The notes beneath the pieces were generated by a model, which saw only the letters and a list, made by a program, of their open reading frames with translations, did not search any database and had not been told where the DNA came from. A program made the translations under genes and the position numbers. This document shows, piece by piece, positions 38,623-47,405 of a stretch of DNA of 64,000 bases. Origin of the DNA: an uncultured Planctomycetales bacterium (GTDB lineage: Bacteria > Planctomycetota > SZUA-567 > JAFGNG01); the NCBI GenBank assembly GCA_964577825.1, contig CAZOBJ010000004.1:3226-67225 (forward strand). Reading direction: 5' to 3'. Numbering within the stretch: the stretch's first letter is position 1; each line of letters begins with the position of its first letter.

Positions 38623-40095
38623 ATGAGAATTTTGGCGATTGCAGTGGTGGCTCTGGGAGCGATGCTCCTGTGCGTCGGCGCCGTGGCCGACGAGAGCGCC
38701 GAGCTTGCGGACCTCACCGCGCGCGTGGCCACGCTGGAGTCTCAGCTCATGGCGCCCGCCGGCGGCGGGGACGCGCAGAGCTTGACGAGCCTGCGGCAGA
38801 AGGGACAGGTGCGTATCGGCGGCAACGTCGAGTTGGACGTGTGGGTGGTCAACCGCGACGAGGCCAACGACAGCGAAGACGAGATGGACTACACCAACGC
38901 CTTCGACATGGACGCGGACCTGGATGTGCGCGTGGACGGCGGTCCGAACGAGTACCTGTTCATGAAGCTCGACCTGGACGACAACGACGATCTCGTCGAA
39001 GAGCTTCAGTTCGTGTTCACGAACGTGCGCGGGTATCCGGTGACGATCGTGTTCGGCGAGGACGAGATCTGGTTCGGCGAGGACCGCGATGAGCTCATCG
39101 CCGACCCGTACGTGCACGGCCAGGGCGCGGGCGGCAGCATCCACGCGTACAACCCGGACTTCGTGGGCGAGGTGGAGAACGTCATCGTTCCTCCGTCTTC
39201 GGTCGACCCGGACGACATCTGGGAGAACAACCCGCACGAGTCGCCCATGATCATGACCCCGAGCATGGGCAGCTGGGAGATGACTCTGCCGGGCGAGGTG
39301 GACAACCGGTTCGCGCTTCAGTGCGGCTGGGAGGTCAATGACTGGCTGACGGTGAGCGGGTCGCTGTTCCAGAACACGGCCCAGATGACCGAGGACCGCA
39401 GCCGCGACCACGGCATTCAGAGCTACGCGGTGCAGGCCAAGGTCAAGCCGAATGAGCAGTGGCAGGGGCAGATCTCGTTCATCAACCAGCACGACGACCT
39501 GTTCGGCGACGACCAAGAGGCGCAGGTTGACGAGAATCAGGCGTTCAACCTTGCCGACCTCCAGCGCCGCGCGCAGAACGCGATTCACGAGATCCTGCAA
39601 GAGCGCCTGGCCTCGGGCGAGATGACCGCCGCGGAGTGGAGCGAGATGGCCCAGCCCGCGTACGGTGGTGCGGGCACGTGGATCGCGGACACGGACGACG
39701 ACACCAAGGCCATTTCCGCGTCGGTCGGATGGACCTCCGCAGACACCAAGTGGGAGGCCTGGGCCGAGTACATCTACGGCTGGGACGTGGCGCACCTGGA
39801 CGAGCTGGACAGCCACACCGTCTCGCTCGGCGCGCTGTACATGCTCACCGAGCGCATCGCGCTGATCACCCAGGGCGGGTACGTGCACCTGGATAACGAG
39901 GTGTTCGACACCAACTCCACCGGCCTGGACTTCGAGGAGGAGCTGTACCGCGCGTCCGTGGGCAGCAGCTACACCCTGGACAGCGGCATCACGTTCCTGG
40001 TGGAGTACATGCACGAGTGGTACAAGAACGACCTGGACGGCTGGGAGAATGCCGAGGCCGACTTGGTCGCGTTCCGCACCCTGTGGGAGTTCTAG
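38623..40095 (+). CDS. outer-membrane beta-barrel porin-like protein
   Basis: RBS GGGGGAGA. Signal peptide MRILAIAVVALGAMLLCVGAVA and short coiled coil LADLTARVATLESQL. It has alternating amphipathic strands, Asp-rich loops, and ends ...FRTLWEF (C-terminal Phe OMP signature). Confidence 0.75.
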   Translation: MRILAIAVVALGAMLLCVGAVADESAELADLTARVATLESQLMAPAGGGDAQSLTSLRQKGQVRIGGNVELDVWVVNRDEANDSEDEMDYTNAFDMDADLDVRVDGGPNEYLFMKLDLDDNDDLVEELQFVFTNVRGYPVTIVFGEDEIWFGEDRDELIADPYVHGQGAGGSIHAYNPDFVGEVENVIVPPSSVDPDDIWENNPHESPMIMTPSMGSWEMTLPGEVDNRFALQCGWEVNDWLTVSGSLFQNTAQMTEDRSRDHGIQSYAVQAKVKPNEQWQGQISFINQHDDLFGDDQEAQVDENQAFNLADLQRRAQNAIHEILQERLASGEMTAAEWSEMAQPAYGGAGTWIADTDDDTKAISASVGWTSADTKWEAWAEYIYGWDVAHLDELDSHTVSLGALYMLTERIALITQGGYVHLDNEVFDTNSTGLDFEEELYRASVGSSYTLDSGITFLVEYMHEWYKNDLDGWENAEADLVAFRTLWEF

Positions 40096-40129
40096 TCGCG
40101 CCGACAGACACACAGGGAATCGTTCGGAT

Positions 40130-40164
40130 CCGGGGTCCGGCCCAGCGCCGGGCCCCGGTTTTTT
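40130..40164 (+). terminator. rho-independent terminator after the porin gene
   Basis: CCGGGGTCCGGC, loop CCAGC, GCCGGGCCCCGG (12-bp stem with one G-U pair), followed by TTTTTT. Confidence 0.8.
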
Positions 40165-40260
40165 GTGCCCGCCATGTTCGCACGCGGGTTTCGCTTGCCA
40201 TGCATGCGGGTGGACCTATACTCGTCGGGGACGGCTCCGCCCGCCCCGGAGGAGAGTAGA

Positions 40261-41379
40261 ATGCCTGTGAAGCGTAAGGTGGCGCTGCTCGCCGTGGTGC
40301 TCGTCGTGATCCTGGCCGCGATGCTCGCGTGGCGCGCCACCGGGCCCGTGGCGCCGAGCCGCCTGCCGGCCGACACGCTCCTGTATGCCGAGTGCTCGGC
40401 GCCGACCGAGCTTGCGGACGATCCCCAGGCGATCGAGGAGCTCGATGCGTGGCTGGCCGCGTACCTGGGGGGCCAAGACAACGGACTGCCCAGCCTCGCC
40501 TTGCTCGCGCACGCGGACACGGCGGCCGCCGCGCTCGTGCCCCGCGGCGTGGGCGATGCGGAGTGGGTGCTCGTCCTGGAGGTGGACGATCCCGCCGAGG
40601 CCCTCGCCTCCCTGGGCGAGCAGCCCGGCCTGACCCTGGAGCGCACCGAAGGCGCGGGCCTGGGCGGGGCGCCGGTGTGGCGCCTGGGCGCGGGCGAGCC
40701 CGGCGCGCTTCGCTGGGCCGCCGCGTTCGGAAAGGTGCTCTTTGTCGCGGAGTCCGCCGAGGCACTGCGCGCGGCCCACGCGGCGCCCGAGAATCCGCAG
40801 GACACGCTCGCCGGGCGGAGGGACTTCCAGGACCTGCTCGGCGAGAGCGACCGGCCCGTGCGCGTGTACGTGGACGGCTGCGCGCTCGCGGCCCGGCCGG
40901 GCGCGCGCGGCGTGCGCGCGGACCTGGGCGCTTGGGCCCTCGGCCACCTGGGCCGGGGCGCGTTCGAGGCTCGACCCACGGACGAAGGCGCGTGGACGGT
41001 CCGGGGTGCGTGGACCTGTACGTTCCAATCCAGGTCCGGCGCGGATGCCGCGGCGGCGCCGGCCGGGGCGACCTCGCGGGGCTGGCGCGTGCGGCACTGG
41101 GTCTTGGCCGCGGTCCTGACGCCGGTAGTCCTGGTCGTCGGGGTGGTGGTGCTCTTCGGCCTGGCCATGGTGGTTCTGGCCGCGTGGTATTATGTCCTCG
41201 CCTGGCGGCGGGGCACGCTCTATCGGAAGATCGCGCCCGAGCCCGTACCGGGCAGCGCGGCGCTGCGCGAGACGCTGGGCGCGGACGCGGGCTCGCAACA
41301 GGAAGGTGGCCCGCCCACGGACGCGAAGCAGGAGGGGAAGCCAGACGATGATGCAGGAAGCCCTGAAGCGGATTCTTGA
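40261..41379 (+). CDS. membrane-anchored protein, short fourth member of the DUF3352-like family
   Basis: ATG 40261 follows GGAGGAGAG. N-terminal anchor KVALLAVVLVVILAAML. Family blocks SRLPADTLLYAECS and GAPVWRLGAGEPGALRWAAAFGKVLFVAESAEALRAA. It has a second hydrophobic stretch and an acidic tail. It overlaps trpD by 32 nt. Confidence 0.6.
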   Translation: MPVKRKVALLAVVLVVILAAMLAWRATGPVAPSRLPADTLLYAECSAPTELADDPQAIEELDAWLAAYLGGQDNGLPSLALLAHADTAAAALVPRGVGDAEWVLVLEVDDPAEALASLGEQPGLTLERTEGAGLGGAPVWRLGAGEPGALRWAAAFGKVLFVAESAEALRAAHAAPENPQDTLAGRRDFQDLLGESDRPVRVYVDGCALAARPGARGVRADLGAWALGHLGRGAFEARPTDEGAWTVRGAWTCTFQSRSGADAAAAPAGATSRGWRVRHWVLAAVLTPVVLVVGVVVLFGLAMVVLAAWYYVLAWRRGTLYRKIAPEPVPGSAALRETLGADAGSQQEGGPPTDAKQEGKPDDDAGSPEADS

Positions 41380-42370
41380 CGGCCACGACCTCACGCGCGA
41401 CGAGTGCGCGGAGGTCATGGACGAGATCATGTCCGGGGCCTGCACGGACGCGCAGATCGGCGCGTTCCTGGTGGCCCTGCGCATCAAGGGCGAGACCATC
41501 GAGGAGATCACCGGCGCGGCGAGCGTCATGCGGGCCAAGGCCACGCGCGTGCCCGCGAGCGCGGACGTGATCGACACCTGCGGCACGGGCGGGGACGCGC
41601 ATCACACCTTCAACATCTCCACGGCCGCGGCCATCGTGTCCGCCGCCTGCGGCGTGGCCGTGGCCAAGCACGGCAACCGGTCCGTGAGCAGCTCGTCGGG
41701 ATCGTCCCAGGTCCTGGAGGCCCTGGGCGTGAACATCGAGGCTTCCGTGGAGGTCATGGCCCGGTGCATCCAGCGCGCGGGCATCGGATTCCTGTACGCC
41801 CCCCGGCTGCACGGGGCCATGAAGTACGCCATCGGCCCGCGCAAAGAGATCGGCGTACGCACCATCTTCAACATCCTGGGGCCGCTCACGAATCCCGCGG
41901 GCGCGCGCCGGCAGCTCATGGGCGTGTACTCCGAGGCCCTGGTCGAGCCCCTGGCCCATGTGCTGCGTGCCCTGGGCACGGTGCGGGCCGTGGTGGTGCA
42001 CGGCCGCGACGGGGTGGACGAGCTGAGCATCTCGGACGAGAGCGTGCTCGCCGAGCTCATGGACGCCCAGGTGCGGGTGCGCATCGTGACCCCGGAGGAG
42101 TTCGGCCTGGAGCGCGCGCCCCTGGACGCGCTGCGCGTGGACTCGCCCGAACAGAGCGCGGCGCTTATCCGCGGGGTGCTCGGCGGCGAGCAGGGGCCCG
42201 CGCGCGACGTGGTGCTGCTCAACGCGGGCGCGGCGCTGTACGCCGCAGGCGTGGCCGGGGACATCGCCGAGGGCATGACCCGCGCGGCCGAGGCCGTGGA
42301 CACGGGCCGCGGCCAGGCGACTCTGGCCAAGCTCGTGGAGGAATCGCGCGCCGACACGAGCGCGGCCTAA
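41348..42370 (+). CDS. trpD: anthranilate phosphoribosyltransferase
   Basis: From ATG 41348: MMQEALKRILDG...GAFLVALRIKGET...CGTGGDAHHTFNIST...KHGNRSVSS. Confidence 0.95.
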   Translation: MMQEALKRILDGHDLTRDECAEVMDEIMSGACTDAQIGAFLVALRIKGETIEEITGAASVMRAKATRVPASADVIDTCGTGGDAHHTFNISTAAAIVSAACGVAVAKHGNRSVSSSSGSSQVLEALGVNIEASVEVMARCIQRAGIGFLYAPRLHGAMKYAIGPRKEIGVRTIFNILGPLTNPAGARRQLMGVYSEALVEPLAHVLRALGTVRAVVVHGRDGVDELSISDESVLAELMDAQVRVRIVTPEEFGLERAPLDALRVDSPEQSAALIRGVLGGEQGPARDVVLLNAGAALYAAGVAGDIAEGMTRAAEAVDTGRGQATLAKLVEESRADTSAA

Positions 42371-42565
42371 GCGCCGCGCGTCCGGTGTCGACCTCGGTCG
42401 GCCGTCGCACCAACGCAACCAAGGTGCGCAAGCGCATGCGTCGACACGGACGGCGCCCGCTTTCTATCCGAGCACACACCGATTCGGCCGCCCGACGTTT
42501 GTGTCGTCTCTTGCTGAGCCTGCGCACGCGACGCAACAGTCCGCGCAGATAGAGAGGCCTGTCCG

Positions 42566-43270
42566 ATGGCAGAGACCCGGAAAGCGGTCGTGCTCCTGAG
42601 CGGCGGGCTCGACTCCGCGGTCGCTGCGGCGGTCGCCCGCGCGCAGGGGTTCGCCCTCTGCGCGCTGACTGTGGACTATGGGCAACGGCACGCGCGCGAG
42701 CTCGCGGCCGCGCACCGGGTCGCCGCGTCCCTGCGCGTGGCCGAGCACCGGGTGGTGAGCGTGGACCTGCGCGCGCTCGGGGGGTCGGTGCTCACCGGTC
42801 CCGGCGCTGTGCCCAAGGACCGCGACGCGGCCGCGCGCGGCCAGGGGATTCCCAGCACGTACGTGCCTGCGCGCAACACGATCCTCTTGTCCGTGGCCCT
42901 GGGTTGGGCCGAGGCGCTGGGCGCGCACGACCTGTTCATCGGGGTGCACGCGCTCGACTATTCCGGATACCCGGACTGCCGTCCCGAATACGTGGCCGCG
43001 TTCGAGCGGCTGGCCAACCTGGCCACGCGCGAGGGCGTGGAGGGGCGGCTCATGCGCGTGCACGCACCGCTCGTGGACCATACCAAGGCCGATATCGTAC
43101 GCCGTGGGGCCGAGCTGGGCGTGGACTTCAGCGCGACGCACTCGTGTTACGATCCAACGCCCGACGGCCTGCCCTGCGGGCGGTGCGACGCGTGCCGGAT
43201 CCGCCGTGCGGCGTTCGCGAGCGCCGGCCTGCCGGACTCGGTCGCCTATGCGTCCGAGGAGTCGACCTGA
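42566..43270 (+). CDS. queC: 7-cyano-7-deazaguanine synthase
   Basis: PP-loop VVLLSGGLDSAV, then DYGQRH, YVPARN, and the C-terminal zinc site C..CGRCDAC. Confidence 0.95.
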   Translation: MAETRKAVVLLSGGLDSAVAAAVARAQGFALCALTVDYGQRHARELAAAHRVAASLRVAEHRVVSVDLRALGGSVLTGPGAVPKDRDAAARGQGIPSTYVPARNTILLSVALGWAEALGAHDLFIGVHALDYSGYPDCRPEYVAAFERLANLATREGVEGRLMRVHAPLVDHTKADIVRRGAELGVDFSATHSCYDPTPDGLPCGRCDACRIRRAAFASAGLPDSVAYASEEST

Positions 43271-43998
43271 GGGCCGACGGCCAGGGCCTCGAGGCGGCGC
43301 AGGTGCTCGGTCTCCTCGAAGGCTAGGTACTCGAACACCTCTCGCAGACGCTCGAACGGCGCGGCACGCGCGAGCTCCCGGTAGAAGGCCACGGTCTCTT
43401 GTTCGTGGCGGATGGCCTTATCAAGCGGACCGGGGTGCGCGCGCCGGGGCAGGGCGGCCATGCGGCCCGGCGGGCGCGGCACGCGGGCCTCGAACCGCAC
43501 GGTCCCGTGCGCGTGCGCGGCCTCGTGCAGGTGTTCGACGTGCGCGCGCTCCTGGGCGGCCAGGGTGCGCAGCAGGGCCTTGGTCTCCTCGTCCCGGGCC
43601 GCGTCGGCCAGGGCCTCGTAGTCCTCGGCCGCGGCCTGTTCGAACCCGGCGGCCGCATACAGCACGAGCTCGCCCAGGGCGCTGGGGGCGAACCGCGCGG
43701 ACACGGCCTCTGCCGCGCGGGCGGGGCGCCAGGCGCTGTGCAGGAAGAACAGGCCGAACGCGAGGAACACGACGCCCGCCGCCGCGCGCACAAGATGCGC
43801 AGGCACAAGCCTTGCGAAGCTCGCACCGATGAGCACAGCCACGAGCGTGGAGGCCACCAGGGCCGTCGCAGCCCCCGCGAACACGGACGCAGGCGAGCGC
43901 GAGCCGGCGGACGCGGCCAGGGCCGCGAGCTGGGTCTTGTCTCCCAGCTCGGCCAGGAAGATGAGCGCGAAGGTACTCAGAAACAGCTTCCATTCCAT
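43246..43998 (-). CDS. fusion of a single UPF0016 (GDT1/TMEM165-type) membrane repeat and a C-terminal erythrin/rubrerythrin-like di-iron domain
   Basis: From ATG 43998: MEWKLFLSTFALIFLAELGDKTQLAAL (E-x-G-D-K-T motif, 3 TM), followed by a four-helix-bundle-like region with two E...ExxH pairs (EQAAAEDY / QERAHVEHL; HEQETVAFY / EETEHL). The ORF-track extension to 44607 is antisense to the radical SAM gene. Confidence 0.7.
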   Translation of the reverse strand: MEWKLFLSTFALIFLAELGDKTQLAALAASAGSRSPASVFAGAATALVASTLVAVLIGASFARLVPAHLVRAAAGVVFLAFGLFFLHSAWRPARAAEAVSARFAPSALGELVLYAAAGFEQAAAEDYEALADAARDEETKALLRTLAAQERAHVEHLHEAAHAHGTVRFEARVPRPPGRMAALPRRAHPGPLDKAIRHEQETVAFYRELARAAPFERLREVFEYLAFEETEHLRRLEALAVGPQVDSSDA

Positions 43999-44122
43999 GA
44001 GGAGGTCTCCCAGCAACAGGGGCGGGGCGCCGGTCCAGCGGACGCTTGGCATCGCTCGCATGCCATTATAGGATTCACGGGCACGTGTCGCGACAGGGAA
44101 GAGGGCGGAATCGGGAAGCCCG

Positions 44123-44983
44123 ATGCAGAATGCAGATGTTGTAGAGCGGCTAAAGGACTTGCTTGATCCGTGTGAGCTGTGCCCGCGGCTGTGCCGCGTG
44201 CACCGCCGCGGGGGCGAGCTCGGGTTCTGCCGCACGGGCGCGAACGCACAGGTCGCCTCGGCCGGGCCCCATCCCGGAGAGGAGCGCGTGCTCTCGGGCC
44301 GGCACGGGTCCGGGACCATTTTCTTCGCGGGGTGCAACCTGCGTTGCGTATTCTGCCAGAACTGGGACATCAGCCATGAGCAAGCCGGCCGAGAGGCATC
44401 CGCGCGCGAGGTGGCGGACACGATGCTCGCGCTCGAGCGCAGGGGGTGCCACAACATCAACCTCGTGACGCCCACGCACGTGGCGCACGTGGTGGCCGAG
44501 GCGGTGGCGCACGCGCGGGCGGCGGGCCTGTGCGTGCCGGTGGTGTACAACTGCGGCGGGTACGAGCGCGTGGAGACCCTGCGGCTTCTCTCCGGCCTTG
44601 TGGACATCTACATGCCGGACGTCAAGTTCTTCGATCCGCAGGCCTCCGTGCGGTACTGCCACGCAAGAGACTATCCTGAGGTGGTGCGCGCTGCCGTGCA
44701 GGAGATGCACCGCCAAAAGGGCGACCTGCGCATGCAGGCCGGGCTCGCGGTCCAGGGTCTGCTCGTGCGTCACCTGGTGATGCCCGGCCGGGCCCGGGAG
44801 GGATGCGCGATCATGGGTTTTCTGGCCGACGAGGTCTCGTCCGCCACGTACGTGAACGTGATGGGCCAATACCGGCCCTGCTACGAGGCAGAGGCCTACC
44901 CGGACCTCGACCGGCGGCCCGCTCGGCCGGAGATCGAGGCCGTGCGCGAGCACGCTCGCAACCGGGGCCTGCGGCTCGACTGA
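44123..44983 (+). CDS. radical SAM protein, PflX/COG1313-like
   Basis: N-terminal Cys cluster CELCPRLCRV...GFC, GSGTIFFAGCNLRCVFCQNWDIS (CxxxCxxC), and NINLVTPTH. Confidence 0.85.
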   Translation: MQNADVVERLKDLLDPCELCPRLCRVHRRGGELGFCRTGANAQVASAGPHPGEERVLSGRHGSGTIFFAGCNLRCVFCQNWDISHEQAGREASAREVADTMLALERRGCHNINLVTPTHVAHVVAEAVAHARAAGLCVPVVYNCGGYERVETLRLLSGLVDIYMPDVKFFDPQASVRYCHARDYPEVVRAAVQEMHRQKGDLRMQAGLAVQGLLVRHLVMPGRAREGCAIMGFLADEVSSATYVNVMGQYRPCYEAEAYPDLDRRPARPEIEAVREHARNRGLRLD

Positions 44984-45010
44984 CCGGCTCCATGGTCAAG
45001 GAGACTCCTT

Positions 45011-45358
45011 ATGCCGCCCACGATCGAGCAGTACGAGTTTGGAAAGATGGTGGTGGACGGACAGGCCCACAGCCGGGACCTGATCGTGTATCCGGATCGC
45101 GTACAGGGCGGTTGGTGGCGCGAAGAGGGGCATCGCCTCGGGCTCGCGGACTTGAGCGAGGTTGTCGAGGCGCGACCCGAAGTCCTGGTCGTGGGCCAGG
45201 GTGCGTACGGCCGGATGCAAGTGCCTGACGAGGTCCGGCAGAGGATCGAGGCGCAGGGCATCGAGCTTCAAATCGCACCCACGCGCGAGGCTGTGGACCT
45301 GTACGCGCGCCTGACCGGTACGCGGCGCGTGGTCGGCGCGTTTCACCTGACGTGTTGA
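45011..45358 (+). CDS. Mth938-like (DUF498/NDUFAF3-like) domain protein
   Basis: 115 aa. FGKMVVDGQAHSRDLIVYPDRV...VLVVGQGAYGRMQV...GIELQI...EAVDLYA fits the Mth938 fold family as I remember it. Confidence 0.65.
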   Translation: MPPTIEQYEFGKMVVDGQAHSRDLIVYPDRVQGGWWREEGHRLGLADLSEVVEARPEVLVVGQGAYGRMQVPDEVRQRIEAQGIELQIAPTREAVDLYARLTGTRRVVGAFHLTC

Positions 45359-45406
45359 GCTTACGAATCGCGGCGCAATCCGCGCGCAGAGAGGTCGCGC
45401 GCCTAT

Positions 45407-46144
45407 CTAGGGCTTCTTGCCCGAGGCGCCCGCGTAGATCGCGAAGGCCTCGGCCCCGTCCAGCCCAAGCCCGGCGTTCAGGGCGTCGTCGTCGAACGCG
45501 CCCACCGTGCATGCGCCTGCGCCGATGGCCTCGGAGGCGAGGTACAGATTCTGGCCCACGTGGCCCGCGTCCAGGAACAGATACCGGTACCCCCGCTGTC
45601 CGTAGCGCCAGGTCATGCGCGCGGGCACGGCCACCCACACGAGGGTCACCGCGGCCTGGGCGACAAAGGACTGGTCGTAGCACGCGGCCATGATCTCGCG
45701 CGCGGGTCCGGGACCGGTGCACAGGACCAGGAGCTCGTGCGAGAGTGCCAGGTACTGGTACAGCCCCTCTTCAAGCCCCTCTACTCGATTCGCGAGCACA
45801 TAGGTTTCGAACGCGTGGCGCGCGCCCGCGCTGGGCACGGTGCGCAGGGTGGTGTGGCCGCCGACCACGGACTTCACGCCCTGGGTGCACCAGAGCAGGA
45901 ACGCGAGCTCTTCGCGCGTGAAGGGCTGCGGGGCGTACTCGCGCAGGCTGGCGCGCTGGTCGGTCAGTGTGCGCCAGTCTACGGTCGGGTTCAGCAGGTG
46001 CGCCCCTCCCGGCAAGGACAGTACGCGCGCGCCCTCCGGGCGGGATGGCTCCAGGGAGGGCGGTGATCCGGTGCGCCCGGCGCTCGCGGCGGGTTGGCCC
46101 GGCCGGGTATCGGCCAGGAAACGCGGTCCGATCTCTTTGGCCAT
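45407..46144 (-). CDS. SagB/ThcOx-type nitroreductase-family dehydrogenase (stand-alone)
   Basis: RASLREY...PFTREELAFLLWCTQG...RTVPSAGARHAFETY...GYRYLFLDAGHVGQNLYL. Confidence 0.8.
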   Translation of the reverse strand: MAKEIGPRFLADTRPGQPAASAGRTGSPPSLEPSRPEGARVLSLPGGAHLLNPTVDWRTLTDQRASLREYAPQPFTREELAFLLWCTQGVKSVVGGHTTLRTVPSAGARHAFETYVLANRVEGLEEGLYQYLALSHELLVLCTGPGPAREIMAACYDQSFVAQAAVTLVWVAVPARMTWRYGQRGYRYLFLDAGHVGQNLYLASEAIGAGACTVGAFDDDALNAGLGLDGAEAFAIYAGASGKKP

Positions 46145-46310
46145 AGGGATGGTCCTCCTCGTCCGTATCGGTCCGTCTCGGCCCGGGCGCGCTGGCCAGG
46201 GCCCTACGGGTGCACATCATAACTCTCGGGGCAATTCCCGTGCCCGCATTTGCCGGCAAGCCGGATTCGCAGGCTCCGGACAAGGGCGCCGGCCACGAGG
46301 CGAGAAACCG

Positions 46311-46340
46311 TTGGCATGAGGCCGGTCCATGGTGTATACT
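46311..46340 (+). promoter_or_regulatory. candidate promoter of the ten-gene operon
   Basis: TTGGCA (46311-46316), an 18-nt spacer ending in TG, then TATACT (46335-46340), located 53 nt upstream of ATG 46393. Confidence 0.35.
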
Positions 46341-46392
46341 GCGCGAGACGCGACGGGTGAGGAGTTCGTGCAGAGCTTTGAGAGGGAGCAGA

Positions 46393-47403
46393 ATGAGCGG
46401 TGCGCACGTATCGAGGAGCGCTGCGGCTGCGGTGTTGGCGCTTGTGCTTGTGTCCTGTCCGGCCTACGGCCATCTGTGCAACGACGTGTTCGCGCAGGCC
46501 CAGGACAACCTGGCGGTCAAGGTCGACATTCGCGACGGGCAGCTGCGCATTGGCGACCAGGCGTCCTTCCGCGTGTATCTGCTCAACACCATGGATCGGA
46601 ACATCGAGGAGATTCGCCTGCGGGTGAAGTCGAACGAGTTCGCCGCGCGCGTCGAGCCCAGCCCGAACTGGACCCGATTTCCGGTCCTGCGTACGGCCAA
46701 GCGGGGCGGGCAGAAGCAGTACTTCACCGTGACCTTGCGCCGCAAGCCCGGGGTGCCCGACGGCGCCTACAAGATCGGGCTGGAGCTGTACAGCGAGCGC
46801 CAGAACCGCGCGTTCAAGACCGTGAGCCTGGACGAGGCCGCCGGGCTGCTGCGCCTGCCCACGACGAAGCAGGTGAAGGTGGACGGCAAGGCCTGGCGCG
46901 AGGAATGGGGCGGCGAGTACGTGTGCGTGGTGCAGGGGATGCACCTGTACGAGCGGCAGGGGCGATACTTCGAGAACCGACCCGCGCGGGCGCCGACCCG
47001 GTTCCGCCTCTCCTGCGACGAGGAGTATCTCTACTGCCTGCTGGTGCTCGAAGGCGTCGGCGACGCGGGCCGAGACGTTGGTACCATCTATGCGGCGCCT
47101 ACGACCGAAGAGGAGCCGGCCTCTTTCCACCTGGACGCGGTCTCGGGCAAGTACGAGTGCGACCGCGGCACCGAAGGCATCGAAGTCAAGGACTGCGGTT
47201 CGGTGCCGGACAGGCCGGACAAGCGGATGTACGAGTGCAAGATTCCCCGCGCGCTTCTGGGCGTTGAGGGCGCAAAGACCTTCTACCTCAACTTCACCCG
47301 GACCACCGGCGCCGGGCGGTCCGAGCGCGTGGCCTTCTGGCGCGGCAACCCGATCTCGGTGCGCACTCCGGTCGCCTACGGCCAGTTCGCCATCGACGAC
47401 TGA
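46393..47403 (+). CDS. exported protein of unknown function (Ig-like NEW3/CARDB-type N-domain plus CBM9/DOMON-like C-domain, tentative)
   Basis: Signal peptide MSGAHVSRSAAAAVLALVLVSCPAYG. FTVTLRRKPGVPDGAYKIGLELY resembles NEW3/CARDB-type Ig domains. VKVDGKAWREEWGG...FYLNFTR resembles CBM9-like sugar-binding domains. Confidence 0.6.
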   Translation: MSGAHVSRSAAAAVLALVLVSCPAYGHLCNDVFAQAQDNLAVKVDIRDGQLRIGDQASFRVYLLNTMDRNIEEIRLRVKSNEFAARVEPSPNWTRFPVLRTAKRGGQKQYFTVTLRRKPGVPDGAYKIGLELYSERQNRAFKTVSLDEAAGLLRLPTTKQVKVDGKAWREEWGGEYVCVVQGMHLYERQGRYFENRPARAPTRFRLSCDEEYLYCLLVLEGVGDAGRDVGTIYAAPTTEEEPASFHLDAVSGKYECDRGTEGIEVKDCGSVPDRPDKRMYECKIPRALLGVEGAKTFYLNFTRTTGAGRSERVAFWRGNPISVRTPVAYGQFAIDD

Positions 47404-47405
47404 CC

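Noticed and set aside
39989-42418. 809-aa minus-strand ORF covering trpD and the anchored protein gene
   Set aside because: It is extremely Arg/Pro/Gly-rich and antisense to trpD, which is unambiguous.
42371-42565. Possible preQ1 riboswitch upstream of queC
   Set aside because: I could not find the conserved preQ1-I/II/III core sequences or a compact pseudoknot-like hairpin with an A-rich tail. The region is GC-rich and unremarkable. An Rfam scan would settle it.
44123-44983. Radical SAM gene as the anaerobic sulfatase-maturating enzyme for the three sulfatases
   Set aside because: At 286 aa it lacks the C-terminal SPASM auxiliary-cluster domain. Its N-terminal Cys cluster and the GSGTIFF...CNLRCVFCQN block fit the PflX/COG1313 type instead.
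45407-46144. SagB-type dehydrogenase as marker of a thiazole/oxazole-modified peptide (TOMM) cluster
   Set aside because: No YcaO cyclodehydratase, no E1-like partner and no Cys/Ser/Thr-rich precursor ORF lies within the flanking genes, so I treated it as a stand-alone nitroreductase-family enzyme.
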